A DNA stretch of 42,453 bases, taken from contig CAYUBH010000002.1 in NCBI GenBank assembly GCA_964442985.1, positions 1 to 42,453 of the forward strand. The letters run 5' to 3'. The notes under the pieces are model-generated. The model did no database searches and was not told where the DNA came from. It was given only the letters and a program-made list of their open reading frames with translations. This document shows positions 1-7,319 of this stretch, in pieces. A program made the translations under genes and the position numbers. Source of the stretch: an uncultured Gammaproteobacteria bacterium. GTDB taxonomy: Bacteria > Patescibacteriota > Patescibacteriia > Magasanikbacterales > GWA2-37-8. How positions within the stretch are numbered: the first letter of the stretch is position 1; every line of letters starts with the position of its first letter.

Positions 1-372
1 TACCAAATTAAGAAAGAAAAAAATTCTGGACTCTATAAATTATACGTTGAGTCAAAAGATAGTCGCCCGGTGGCCCAAATTATTCTCAGTGGTTCGCTCG
101 ATAAGCTCCGGAAAAAATTAGAAAAAATCAGAAGCGTGCTTCGCCTTATCCAAAGCCAAGCGCTCGAAGACCGTTTTAAGCTTCTGGAAGATACTGACGC
201 GAGCAAAGGCCCCTATGCGCATTTTATTGTCTATATTTATCCCGAAGCTCGCCGTGGCGGGTTTGAAGAAGGGGTGATGAAGCCGGAATATCTATTCAAA
301 GGCACGGCCGCTTCGATTTGGAAACAGATTCAAGAAACTTTTGTTGATCCGAAACTCCGAGAGGATAAATAA
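1..372 (+). CDS. hypothetical protein, C-terminal part (reading frame open from window start)
   Basis: Frame 1 has no stop from nt 1 to TAA 370-372. The track shows only the portion from GTG 70. No family recognised. Confidence 0.45.
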   Translation, partial: YQIKKEKNSGLYKLYVESKDSRPVAQIILSGSLDKLRKKLEKIRSVLRLIQSQALEDRFKLLEDTDASKGPYAHFIVYIYPEARRGGFEEGVMKPEYLFKGTAASIWKQIQETFVDPKLREDK

Positions 373-404
373 CTATACTGTGAGGTATATTCTTCGTACG
401 CTCG

Positions 405-430
405 GGAATAGTTTGTTTACAAACTATTCC
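405..430 (+). terminator. stem-loop after upstream ORF (11-bp stem GGAATAGTTTG/CAAACTATTCC, loop TTTA)
   Basis: Perfect inverted repeat read directly. There is no U-run downstream, so a terminator role is uncertain. Confidence 0.3.
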
Positions 431-441
431 ACTCACTTTAC

Positions 442-2484
442 TTGAATATGATCGATTTTGCCAAAGAATTAAACCAAGAACAATTAGCAGTGATTCAAAA
501 TGGCGACGGCCCGTGCCTGGTGCTCGCTGGGGCGGGGAGTGGCAAGACGCGTACGATTACCTATCGCGTGGCGTATTTACTAGAACAAGGAGTGAAGCCT
601 GAAGAGATTTTGCTCGTGACTTTTACCAACAAAGCGGCCGACGAAATGCGTCGCCGGGTGGCTCAGCTGGCTGGGAGCCAAGGAGTTTTGCCGTGGTCAG
701 GGACGTTTCACCACATCGGCTACCGAATTTTGCGTATCTACGCGCCGCTCTTGGGCTATGGCAACAATTTTACCGTCCTTGATAGCGATGACAGCGAGTC
801 GCTGATTAAACTGTGTGTCAAAAACGTAAAACCAGATAGTGCTGGCGCCAAACGCTTTCCTTCGTGTTCGGCGGTCTTGAGCGTTATTAGCTATGCGCGG
901 AACGCCGAGTTGCCGATTGAGGTGATAGTTGAAGATAAGTTTTATCAATGGTTGCCATTTACCGAAGAGATTACAAAGATTGCCGTCGAGTACGCTGTCC
1001 GCAAAAAAGAAGCGAACGCTATGGATTTTGACGACCTGCTCGTCAATCTGCTGACACTCCTTCAAGACGGAAATATTCATCAAAAATATGCCGGACAATT
1101 TCGGTATGTTTTGGTTGATGAGTATCAAGATACTAACAAAATTCAAGCGTCGATCATCCGTCGTTTGGCCATGGTACACAATAATGTCGTGGTAGTGGGG
1201 GATGATGCCCAGAGTATTTATTCTTTCCGCGCCGCTGATATCCAAAATATTTTACAATTCCCGAACGAATTTCCAGGGAGTAAAATTTTTAAATTAGAAA
1301 CAAATTATCGCTCCAGCCGAGAGATTTTGGATGTGGCTAATAGTATTATTGCCAAAAATAAAGTGCAATACAAAAAGACGCTCCATGCCACCAAAGAAGG
1401 CGTTAAACCAAAATTATTTCCCCAGCTTGATCAGCAGTCTGAAGGTGCTTTTGTGGCTGGAAAAATTGAAGAGCTTCTGACAAGTGGTGTCCCGGCCACC
1501 GAAATCGCCGTATTGTTTCGCGCCTCGCATCATTCGCAAATGCTCGAAGTCGAACTGGTGCGTCGCGGTATCGCTTACGACTACCGTGGTGGGGTGCGCT
1601 TCTTTGAGCGCTCGCATATCAAAGATATTTTAGCGTATTTACGCCTCATGAATAACTTGGCGGACACAGCGGCGTGGCTCCGTGTGCTTCTGCACGAAGA
1701 AGGGATAGGTCCAATGGCAGCGCAAAAAGTGATTGAATATATTCGCGAACAAAAAAACGTAGAAGGCATTCCTGAAGCGGGGAGAGCAGTGCTCGGCGCC
1801 AAAGCGCTCACTGGCTGGAATAATTTCCTGCGTATTTTTGAAACAATGCAATCGGCAGTGGTGCGCTCACCCGAAGCGATGATTGAAGCGCTGATTCAAT
1901 CGCCGTACCGAAACTATTTAGATGGTGAGTTTGTCGATAGTCGCGACCGGGTAAATGATATTAAACAACTCGGTGTTTTTGCTGGCCGATATGACAATTT
2001 GGAAGAATTTTTGGCCGACGCCACGCTCCAAGAATCATTCCGGGGAGTGGAGTCAGAAGGTGGAGCGCCAGCCTCAAGTGGCGGAAAAATTGTGCTCTCG
2101 ACAATTCATCAGGCCAAAGGTCTGGAGTGGCAGGCGGTGTTTATTCTCAATTTATCAAGCGGAGCTTTCCCAAGTGAGCGCGCTCTCAAAGAAGAAAATG
2201 GCCTCGAAGAAGAGCGCCGGCTATTTTATGTAGCGATTACTCGCGCCAAAGAGACATTGTATTTTACCTATCCAATGGCCGGGGGATCGTATGGTGATTT
2301 TCTGTCTGGCCCGAGCGTCTTTATTGACGACATTGATTATGAGCTGATTGAGGATCATTCGCTTCTTATGAACACCACCGTCTTGAATGATCCGCGGGAA
2401 TCAGTAGAATACATTAGTGAGGACGAAGCGCCGCGCACCAAACCTCGGCCGGGGAGCTTTCTTAAAGATATTAGTGATTTATAA
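442..2484 (+). CDS. uvrD: ATP-dependent DNA helicase, UvrD/PcrA/Rep (SF1) family
   Basis: 680 aa. Walker A GAGSGKT, VDEYQDTN (motif II), VGDDAQSIYSFRAA, TNYRS, TIHQAKGLEW and YVAITRAK motifs. TTG 442 or ATG 448 could be the start. Confidence 0.85.
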   Translation: MNMIDFAKELNQEQLAVIQNGDGPCLVLAGAGSGKTRTITYRVAYLLEQGVKPEEILLVTFTNKAADEMRRRVAQLAGSQGVLPWSGTFHHIGYRILRIYAPLLGYGNNFTVLDSDDSESLIKLCVKNVKPDSAGAKRFPSCSAVLSVISYARNAELPIEVIVEDKFYQWLPFTEEITKIAVEYAVRKKEANAMDFDDLLVNLLTLLQDGNIHQKYAGQFRYVLVDEYQDTNKIQASIIRRLAMVHNNVVVVGDDAQSIYSFRAADIQNILQFPNEFPGSKIFKLETNYRSSREILDVANSIIAKNKVQYKKTLHATKEGVKPKLFPQLDQQSEGAFVAGKIEELLTSGVPATEIAVLFRASHHSQMLEVELVRRGIAYDYRGGVRFFERSHIKDILAYLRLMNNLADTAAWLRVLLHEEGIGPMAAQKVIEYIREQKNVEGIPEAGRAVLGAKALTGWNNFLRIFETMQSAVVRSPEAMIEALIQSPYRNYLDGEFVDSRDRVNDIKQLGVFAGRYDNLEEFLADATLQESFRGVESEGGAPASSGGKIVLSTIHQAKGLEWQAVFILNLSSGAFPSERALKEENGLEEERRLFYVAITRAKETLYFTYPMAGGSYGDFLSGPSVFIDDIDYELIEDHSLLMNTTVLNDPRESVEYISEDEAPRTKPRPGSFLKDISDL

Positions 2485-2486
2485 GT

Positions 2487-2798
2487 ATGAAAAAACGTAA
2501 CCCAGAAGGCATGCCCAAAGCCGAACATAAGGATATTGCTTTTTTTACGATTGAAACTGCTTGGGGGCCAGAGGAGGCAGCCAAAGCTCTAGTGGAGGGC
2601 ACCCAGCTGGAATGCATTGTTGTCACAGACAAAAAACAAAGAATCGTGAAAAAGGTCACCCCGCTCCACGTTCATAGAGAGTACGGCGGGTTCGTTATTG
2701 ATGTTATTTCGGAAAATGGGGTTTCGGGGGTGATTACCTTGGGGAGCGACGGCACTAAAATACTCGAATATTCATATAAAAAGAAGGGAAAAAGCTAG
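2487..2798 (+). CDS. hypothetical protein (103 aa)
   Basis: ORF starts 2 nt after the helicase stop and ends in TAG. No family recognised. Confidence 0.45.
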   Translation: MKKRNPEGMPKAEHKDIAFFTIETAWGPEEAAKALVEGTQLECIVVTDKKQRIVKKVTPLHVHREYGGFVIDVISENGVSGVITLGSDGTKILEYSYKKKGKS

Positions 2799-2812
2799 CA
2801 TCAGGCCCTGTC

Positions 2813-2841
2813 TTGACAGTTTGAGGGTCTTCCTATATACT
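2813..2841 (+). promoter_or_regulatory. sigma70-type promoter of the str cluster (TTGACA-17-TATACT)
   Basis: TTGACA 2813-2818, 17-nt spacer, TATACT 2836-2841. Lies about 100 nt upstream of rpsL. Confidence 0.6.
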
Positions 2842-2887
2842 AGCCCCCAAGAACGCCGCCTATCTAAGCGGACCCAAAAACTCGTGG

Positions 2888-2912
2888 CTGAGCATCTCCG
2901 TTCAGTTTTTTT
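2888..2912 (+). promoter_or_regulatory. terminator-like hairpin plus U7 run inside the rpsL leader (possible attenuator)
   Basis: CTGAGC/GTTCAG 6-bp stem (one G-U pair), 6-nt loop, then TTTTTTT 2906-2912. Ends 31 nt before the rpsL ATG. Confidence 0.3.
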
Positions 2913-2943
2913 ATTTTCTATCTACTTATTCACAAGTTAGACT

Positions 2944-3372
2944 ATGCCAACACTAAGTCAGCTTATCAAGAAGCCTCGTCAGGCCAAGGTTCGCAAGACC
3001 AAGACTCCTGCGCTTCAATTCACCGTCGACAACTTGCACCGTCGCACTACCATTTATCCAAAAGGTAGTAGTTTTAAACGTGGTGTATGTACTAAGGTAT
3101 ATACCACCACTCCAAAGAAACCTAACTCCGCTTTGCGTAAAGTCGCTAAAGTTCGTTTGAGTAATGGTATGGAAGTCATCGCTTATATCCCTGGTGAAGG
3201 TCATAACCTCCAGGAGCACTCTATCGTGCTCATTCGCGGTGGTCGTGTAAAAGATCTTCCTGGTGTTCGCTACCACATCGTCCGCGGTATCTATGATACT
3301 CAGGGTGTAGCTAGTCGTCGCCGCGGTCGCTCGCTCTACGGCAACAAGCGTCCAAAGGAAGCAAAAAAGTAA
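2944..3372 (+). CDS. rpsL: 30S ribosomal protein S12
   Basis: 142 aa. Starts [13 protein letters not shown] and carries [13 protein letters not shown] and [14 protein letters not shown] motifs. Sits at the head of the str cluster. Confidence 0.97.
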   Translation: MPTLSQLIKKPRQAKVRKTKTPALQFTVDNLHRRTTIYPKGSSFKRGVCTKVYTTTPKKPNSALRKVAKVRLSNGMEVIAYIPGEGHNLQEHSIVLIRGGRVKDLPGVRYHIVRGIYDTQGVASRRRGRSLYGNKRPKEAKK

Positions 3373-3400
3373 TCCTTGATCACTGATATTTTATACACAT

Positions 3401-3877
3401 ATGCGTGGTAAACCTGCCAAAAAGCGCGATATCAAGCCAGACCCTAAGTTTGGCAACGTACTCGTCGCGAAACTCATCAACAACGTTATGCGCCGTGGTA
3501 AAAAAGCTACTGCTCAAGCGATTGTTTACGAAGCTTTTGATAAAGTTGCTGAACTCTCCAAAAAAGATCCAGTAAAAATCTTTGAAGAAGCTATCAAGTC
3601 CATCTCTCCTCAACTCGAAGTTCGCTCCCGCCGTGTTGGTGGTGCTAACTATCAAGTTCCTATGCCAGTTCGCGGTGATCGCCAAAACGCGCTCGCTTTC
3701 CGCTGGTTGATTGAAGCTGCTCGCAACAAAAAAGGCCAACCAATGGCTGAAAAATTAGCGACCATCCTCTTCGAAACAAGCCAAGGTCTTGGCGACGCGA
3801 TGAAAAAACGCGACGACATGCATCGTATGGCTGAAGCTAACAAAGCCTTTGCTCACTTTGCACGCTTTGCAAAATAA
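3401..3877 (+). CDS. rpsG: 30S ribosomal protein S7
   Basis: 158 aa with KRDIKPDPKF and RRVGGANYQVP motifs. Follows rpsL. Confidence 0.97.
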   Translation: MRGKPAKKRDIKPDPKFGNVLVAKLINNVMRRGKKATAQAIVYEAFDKVAELSKKDPVKIFEEAIKSISPQLEVRSRRVGGANYQVPMPVRGDRQNALAFRWLIEAARNKKGQPMAEKLATILFETSQGLGDAMKKRDDMHRMAEANKAFAHFARFAK

Positions 3878-3892
3878 TCTTGTCTTATTTTT

Positions 3893-5968
3893 ATGCCTCG
3901 TGAATATCCATTAGATAAAACACGTAATATCGGTATCATGGCGCACATCGACGCTGGTAAAACTACCACGTCTGAACGTGTGCTTTTCTATACCGGTAAA
4001 AAACACAAAATCGGTGAAGTGCACGAAGGTGAAGCTACCATGGACTGGATGGAACAGGAAAAAGAACGTGGTATCACTATCACTTCTGCTGCTACCACTT
4101 GTTTCTGGAAAGGTCATCGTATTAACTTGATCGATACCCCAGGCCACGTGGACTTTACCGTGGAAGTAGAACGCAGTCTTCGCGTCCTCGACGGTGCTGT
4201 GGCTGTGTTTGACGCTTCTCAAGGTGTTGAGCCTCAATCAGAAACTGTTTGGCATCAGGCTGACAAATATAATGTGCCTCGTGTCGCGTTCATCAACAAG
4301 ATGGACAAACTTGGCGCTGATTTTTATATGAGTTTGGCTTCTATCAACGAACGCCTTTCTCCTCATGCTGTTGCTATTCAATTGCCGGTTGGTCAAGCAT
4401 CTGAATTTAGTGCGCTCATCGATCTTATCGAAGAAAAAGCATATAAATTTGACGGTGAAAAGGGTCAGAATATTTCTGAATTCCCAATCCCAGCAGACAT
4501 GGTAGAACAAGTCAAAGAATATCGCGCCAAGCTCATCGAAAAAGTCGCTGAAGCTAACGATGATATGATGGCGCGCTTCCTCGATGGTAAATCATTCTCT
4601 ATCGATGAAATCCGCTCGGCTATCCGCTCGATGGTGCTCAAAGGCGCTATCTATCCGGTGCTCTGTGGTTCAGCGCTTGGTAACATTGGTGTGCAGTTCA
4701 TGCTTGATGCAGTCGTTCACTATTTGCCAGCTCCAACTGACGTGCCAGCTTTGAAAGGCACCAATCCAGACACTGACGCTGAAGAAGTTCGTCACGTTTC
4801 TGATTCGGAGCCTTTTTCCGCTCTTGCTTTCAAAATTGCGACTGACCCGTTCGTGGGTAAACTTATCTTCTTCCGCGTCTATTCTGGTGTTGTTACTGCT
4901 GGTAGTTATGTCTACAACTCCTCAAAAGGCACCAAAGAACGCCTAGGTCGTATCGTACGCTTGCACGCGAACCAACGCGAAGATGTGCAAGAAGTCTACG
5001 CTGGTGAAATCGCTGCCGCTATCGGCCTCAAAGAAGTGACCACTGGTGACACGCTCTGTGACGAAGACAAACCAATTATTTTGGAACGTCCAACCTTTGC
5101 TGAGCCAGTTATCTCGATGGCTATCGAGCCAAAGACTAAAGCCGACCAAGAAAAAATTGGTATGGCGATGCAGAAGTTGGCTGAAGAAGATCCAACTTTC
5201 AAAATCCACACTGACGAAGAAACACTCCAGACCATTATTTCTGGTATGGGTGAATTGCACCTCGACATCTTGGTAGATCGCATGAAGCGTGAATTCAAGG
5301 TGGAAGTAAACGTCGGTGCTCCACAAGTTGCGTATAAGGAAACCATTCGCGCCTCGGCTGAGGGCGAAGGTAAATACATCAAGCAGTCTGGTGGTCGCGG
5401 TCAATACGGTCATTGTTGGCTTAAAGTTGAACCACAAGAAGCTGGTAAAGGTTATGAATTTGTTGATGAAATTAAAGGTGGTGCTATTCCTCGCGAATTC
5501 TTGCCAGCAATTGAAAAAGGTATTAAAGAAGGTTTATCCCGTGGCATCCAAGCTGGTTGCCCAGTGGTAGATATCAAAGTCACTTGTTTCGATGGTTCTT
5601 ACCACGATGTTGACTCCTCCGAAATCGCTTTCAAGATGGCTGGTTCGATGGCTTTTGTCGCCGCTTGTAAAAAAGCTTCCCCAGTTATCATGGAACCTAT
5701 CATGAAAGTGGAAGTCCTCACTCCAGAACAATTCATGGGTGATGTGATTGGTGATTTGAACTCTAAACGTGGTCAAATCTTGGAAATGACTGATCGTGGC
5801 TCGATGAAAGTCGTGCGCGCGATGGTACCACTCGCTAGTATGTTCGGGTACGTTACCAGTTTGCGTTCGATGTCTCAGGGTCGCGCTTCCTCCAGTATGG
5901 AATTCGATCATTACGCTGACGTACCAAACAACGTAGCGGCTCAGATTATTGCTGGTAAACAGAAATAA
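3893..5968 (+). CDS. fusA: elongation factor G
   Basis: 691 aa with [17 protein letters not shown] and NKMD GTPase motifs. Length and position are typical of EF-G. Confidence 0.97.
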   Translation: MPREYPLDKTRNIGIMAHIDAGKTTTSERVLFYTGKKHKIGEVHEGEATMDWMEQEKERGITITSAATTCFWKGHRINLIDTPGHVDFTVEVERSLRVLDGAVAVFDASQGVEPQSETVWHQADKYNVPRVAFINKMDKLGADFYMSLASINERLSPHAVAIQLPVGQASEFSALIDLIEEKAYKFDGEKGQNISEFPIPADMVEQVKEYRAKLIEKVAEANDDMMARFLDGKSFSIDEIRSAIRSMVLKGAIYPVLCGSALGNIGVQFMLDAVVHYLPAPTDVPALKGTNPDTDAEEVRHVSDSEPFSALAFKIATDPFVGKLIFFRVYSGVVTAGSYVYNSSKGTKERLGRIVRLHANQREDVQEVYAGEIAAAIGLKEVTTGDTLCDEDKPIILERPTFAEPVISMAIEPKTKADQEKIGMAMQKLAEEDPTFKIHTDEETLQTIISGMGELHLDILVDRMKREFKVEVNVGAPQVAYKETIRASAEGEGKYIKQSGGRGQYGHCWLKVEPQEAGKGYEFVDEIKGGAIPREFLPAIEKGIKEGLSRGIQAGCPVVDIKVTCFDGSYHDVDSSEIAFKMAGSMAFVAACKKASPVIMEPIMKVEVLTPEQFMGDVIGDLNSKRGQILEMTDRGSMKVVRAMVPLASMFGYVTSLRSMSQGRASSSMEFDHYADVPNNVAAQIIAGKQK

Positions 5969-5974
5969 AACTGT

Positions 5975-6094
5975 CTAACTACACAATTGTTTGAAAAAAC
6001 AGCATAAAAACCACCTGCGGGTGGTTTTTTGCTTCGTACTCGATTGCTCGCGAAAGCAATCTGCGTAATGTTTTTCAAACAATTGTGTAGTTAG
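5975..6094. repeat. 120-bp element bounded by perfect 24-bp inverted repeats (CTAACTACACAATTGTTTGAAAAA / reverse complement)
   Basis: Arms at 5975-5998 and 6071-6094 are exact reverse complements. They enclose the fusA terminator and a second hairpin, GATTGCT-CGCGAA-AGCAATC (6042-6061). Confidence 0.8.
6006..6030 (+). terminator. intrinsic terminator after fusA (bidirectional shape)
   Basis: AAAAA-CCACC-TGCG-GGTGG-TTTTTT. Confidence 0.75.
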
Positions 6095-6142
6095 CTTAGT
6101 GGGGGCTAGCGGCGAGGGGTGACCTGCCTGCCGGTAGGCAGG

Positions 6143-6171
6143 TTGACAAAATGGGGGAAATGGGGTAGTAT
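6143..6171 (+). promoter_or_regulatory. promoter of the island cassette (TTGACA-17-TAGTAT)
   Basis: TTGACA 6143-6148, 17-nt spacer, TAGTAT 6166-6171. Flanked by palindromes ACCTGCC..GGCAGGT (6122-6144) and GCTAATTAGC (6177-6186). Confidence 0.55.
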
Positions 6172-6231
6172 GTTTAGCTAATTAGCCTTATAGCTGTTAG
6201 TTGTTTCTCCACCCCAACAGAGAGGCCTGCC

Positions 6232-6468
6232 ATGCGTCGCCGCACCATCTCGTTTCAGGTTGTTGAGGGAAAGTTTACCGACAAGGGAGAGGTCGTTGAA
6301 AACGGTCTCCACCTCGTTCGCGAGGACGGTCTGCCGTTTGAACAGTCCGCCCCCATGACGGTGTTCGTTCGGAAGGACGGCACGTTTTCCCTCGACATGT
6401 TCGAGGGGGCGACCGGTCGCCTCGAGATCACCTTCGTTCCTGGCGACGGGAAGAAGAGTCATCTCTAG
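6232..6468 (+). CDS. hypothetical protein P1 (78 aa), G+C-rich island
   Basis: ATG is preceded by GAGAGG with a 6-nt spacer. Codon third positions are mostly G/C. TAG stop. No family recognised. Confidence 0.6.
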   Translation: MRRRTISFQVVEGKFTDKGEVVENGLHLVREDGLPFEQSAPMTVFVRKDGTFSLDMFEGATGRLEITFVPGDGKKSHL

Positions 6469-6493
6469 CGGATAGGGGGGGGAGAAACACACC

Positions 6494-6533
6494 TGTCTGG
6501 CGGGGCGCGCTGCACTTCGCGCCTCGTCAGACA
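6494..6533 (+). promoter_or_regulatory. 16-bp GC-rich intercistronic hairpin between P1 and P2
   Basis: TGTCTGGCGGGGCGCG / CGCGCCTCGTCAGACA (two G-U pairs) with an 8-nt loop and no U-run. Confidence 0.5.
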
Positions 6534-6688
6534 CCCCCTCTATATAATGTAGAGAGATTGAACACAAAATGTAGTCGACAGCACTCGCACACTCTAGTTG
6601 CTTTGGGGAATAGGTCCTCAACAGCTGGGTGTCCGAGACATTGTACGACAACAATCAACCGCCTAGGGATAGGCAGGAGCTCGTAGCC

Positions 6689-7147
6689 ATGCGTTTCAGG
6701 GTCAAGGATGGATCGATTGTAGAAGACAAGGAGGCTCCGCAAGAGCCCGAAGGAGCTCGTCGACCGGTCGTTCGACTGGACGGGAATGGAAAGCTCGTCG
6801 TCACCTTCCCGTTCGGCTGGAACGGCGATCTCGACGTTGTGGCCACGCAGGATCCGGCCCAGACAGACAAGGACCTCTCGCTCGTCGAGCCGGGTGACCT
6901 CACCAAGCGGGGCTACCCGATCGACCCGCCGAAGCTCAACTGGGAGCCCTTCAAGCTCCCCAAGGCTCCGGAGGAGGAGCGCCCCGCCATGAGCGGTGGC
7001 TACTGCGGCCCTAGCCAGGCGGAGATCGAGGCCGGCTACGAAGGGTCGATTAACTTGATGGGCAAGGAACCGCCCCCGCTCGCCCGGGCGCCACTCGCCC
7101 GGGACCCGCTCGAGGAGGATGATCTCTGGGAGCGGGGCAACTTCTAG
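6689..7147 (+). CDS. hypothetical protein P2 (152 aa from ATG 6689; longest ORF starts at GTG 6629), G+C-rich island
   Basis: AGGAG lies 9 nt upstream of ATG 6689. The start context gccATGCGT is identical to P1. About 80% of third positions are G/C by my count. Pro/Glu-rich tail. TAG stop. Confidence 0.6.
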   Translation: MRFRVKDGSIVEDKEAPQEPEGARRPVVRLDGNGKLVVTFPFGWNGDLDVVATQDPAQTDKDLSLVEPGDLTKRGYPIDPPKLNWEPFKLPKAPEEERPAMSGGYCGPSQAEIEAGYEGSINLMGKEPPPLARAPLARDPLEEDDLWERGNF

Positions 7148-7180
7148 TCCCAACTGTTAGTACCGTCAGCAATGTTTTTT

Positions 7181-7222
7181 CAGCCCCCGAGCTCACCTGA
7201 GTTTCGGGGGCTGCTGATTTTT
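7181..7222 (+). terminator. intrinsic terminator closing the island cassette
   Basis: CAGCCCCCGA ... TCGGGGGCTG stem with an inner CTCA/TGAG extension, followed by CTGATTTTT. Confidence 0.7.
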
Positions 7223-7255
7223 AGATAAAAACCAATTTTTTCGTCCCAAGCCATC

Positions 7256-7283
7256 TTGACTTTCTCCCCAGAAGTATTAGGAT
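7256..7283 (+). promoter_or_regulatory. candidate promoter (TTGACT-16-TAGGAT)
   Basis: TTGACT 7256-7261, TAGGAT 7278-7283. Lies 37 nt upstream of ATG 7320. Confidence 0.4.
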
Positions 7284-7319
7284 AGCAGGCATCACTCACC
7301 AACGTTTGAACCTTCACGT

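Larger units (their letters stand above)
6100..7222. other. G+C-rich compositional island (putative horizontally acquired cassette) between fusA and tuf
   Basis: Hand counts of 60-nt lines give 38/60 G+C (6301-6360), 36/60 (6781-6840) and 44/60 (6961-7020), against 27/60 for a fusA line (4081-4140). The island has its own promoter and terminator. Confidence 0.7.

Noticed and set aside
7078-7103. Tandem CTCGCCCGGG repeats with a 15-nt period, considered as a regulatory or recombination repeat.
   Set aside because: They lie in-frame within the P2 tail (LARAP/LARDP), and there are only two copies. They are most simply a small coding duplication.
6527-7153. A 208-aa ORF on the - strand (plus 6178-6654 -, 6655-6906 - and 6786-6992 +) overlapping P2 and the P1-P2 spacer.
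   Set aside because: It shares triplet boundaries with P2. On the + frame, third positions are about 80% G/C and first positions about 68%, which is the expected order for high-GC genes; the - ORF has the reverse. Its product is Arg/Leu-rich, as is typical of antisense frames. It lacks an SD or a start context like that of P1 and P2. Long shadow ORFs are expected in G+C-rich DNA.
6100-7222. The G+C-rich segments explained as an assembly chimera or contamination.
   Set aside because: This is not fully excluded. However, each island is short, is flanked on both sides by host-like sequence in a conserved context, and is wired to host-type TTGACA/TAnnnT promoters. Each also avoids TGA stops like the host. 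Read-level validation is still needed.
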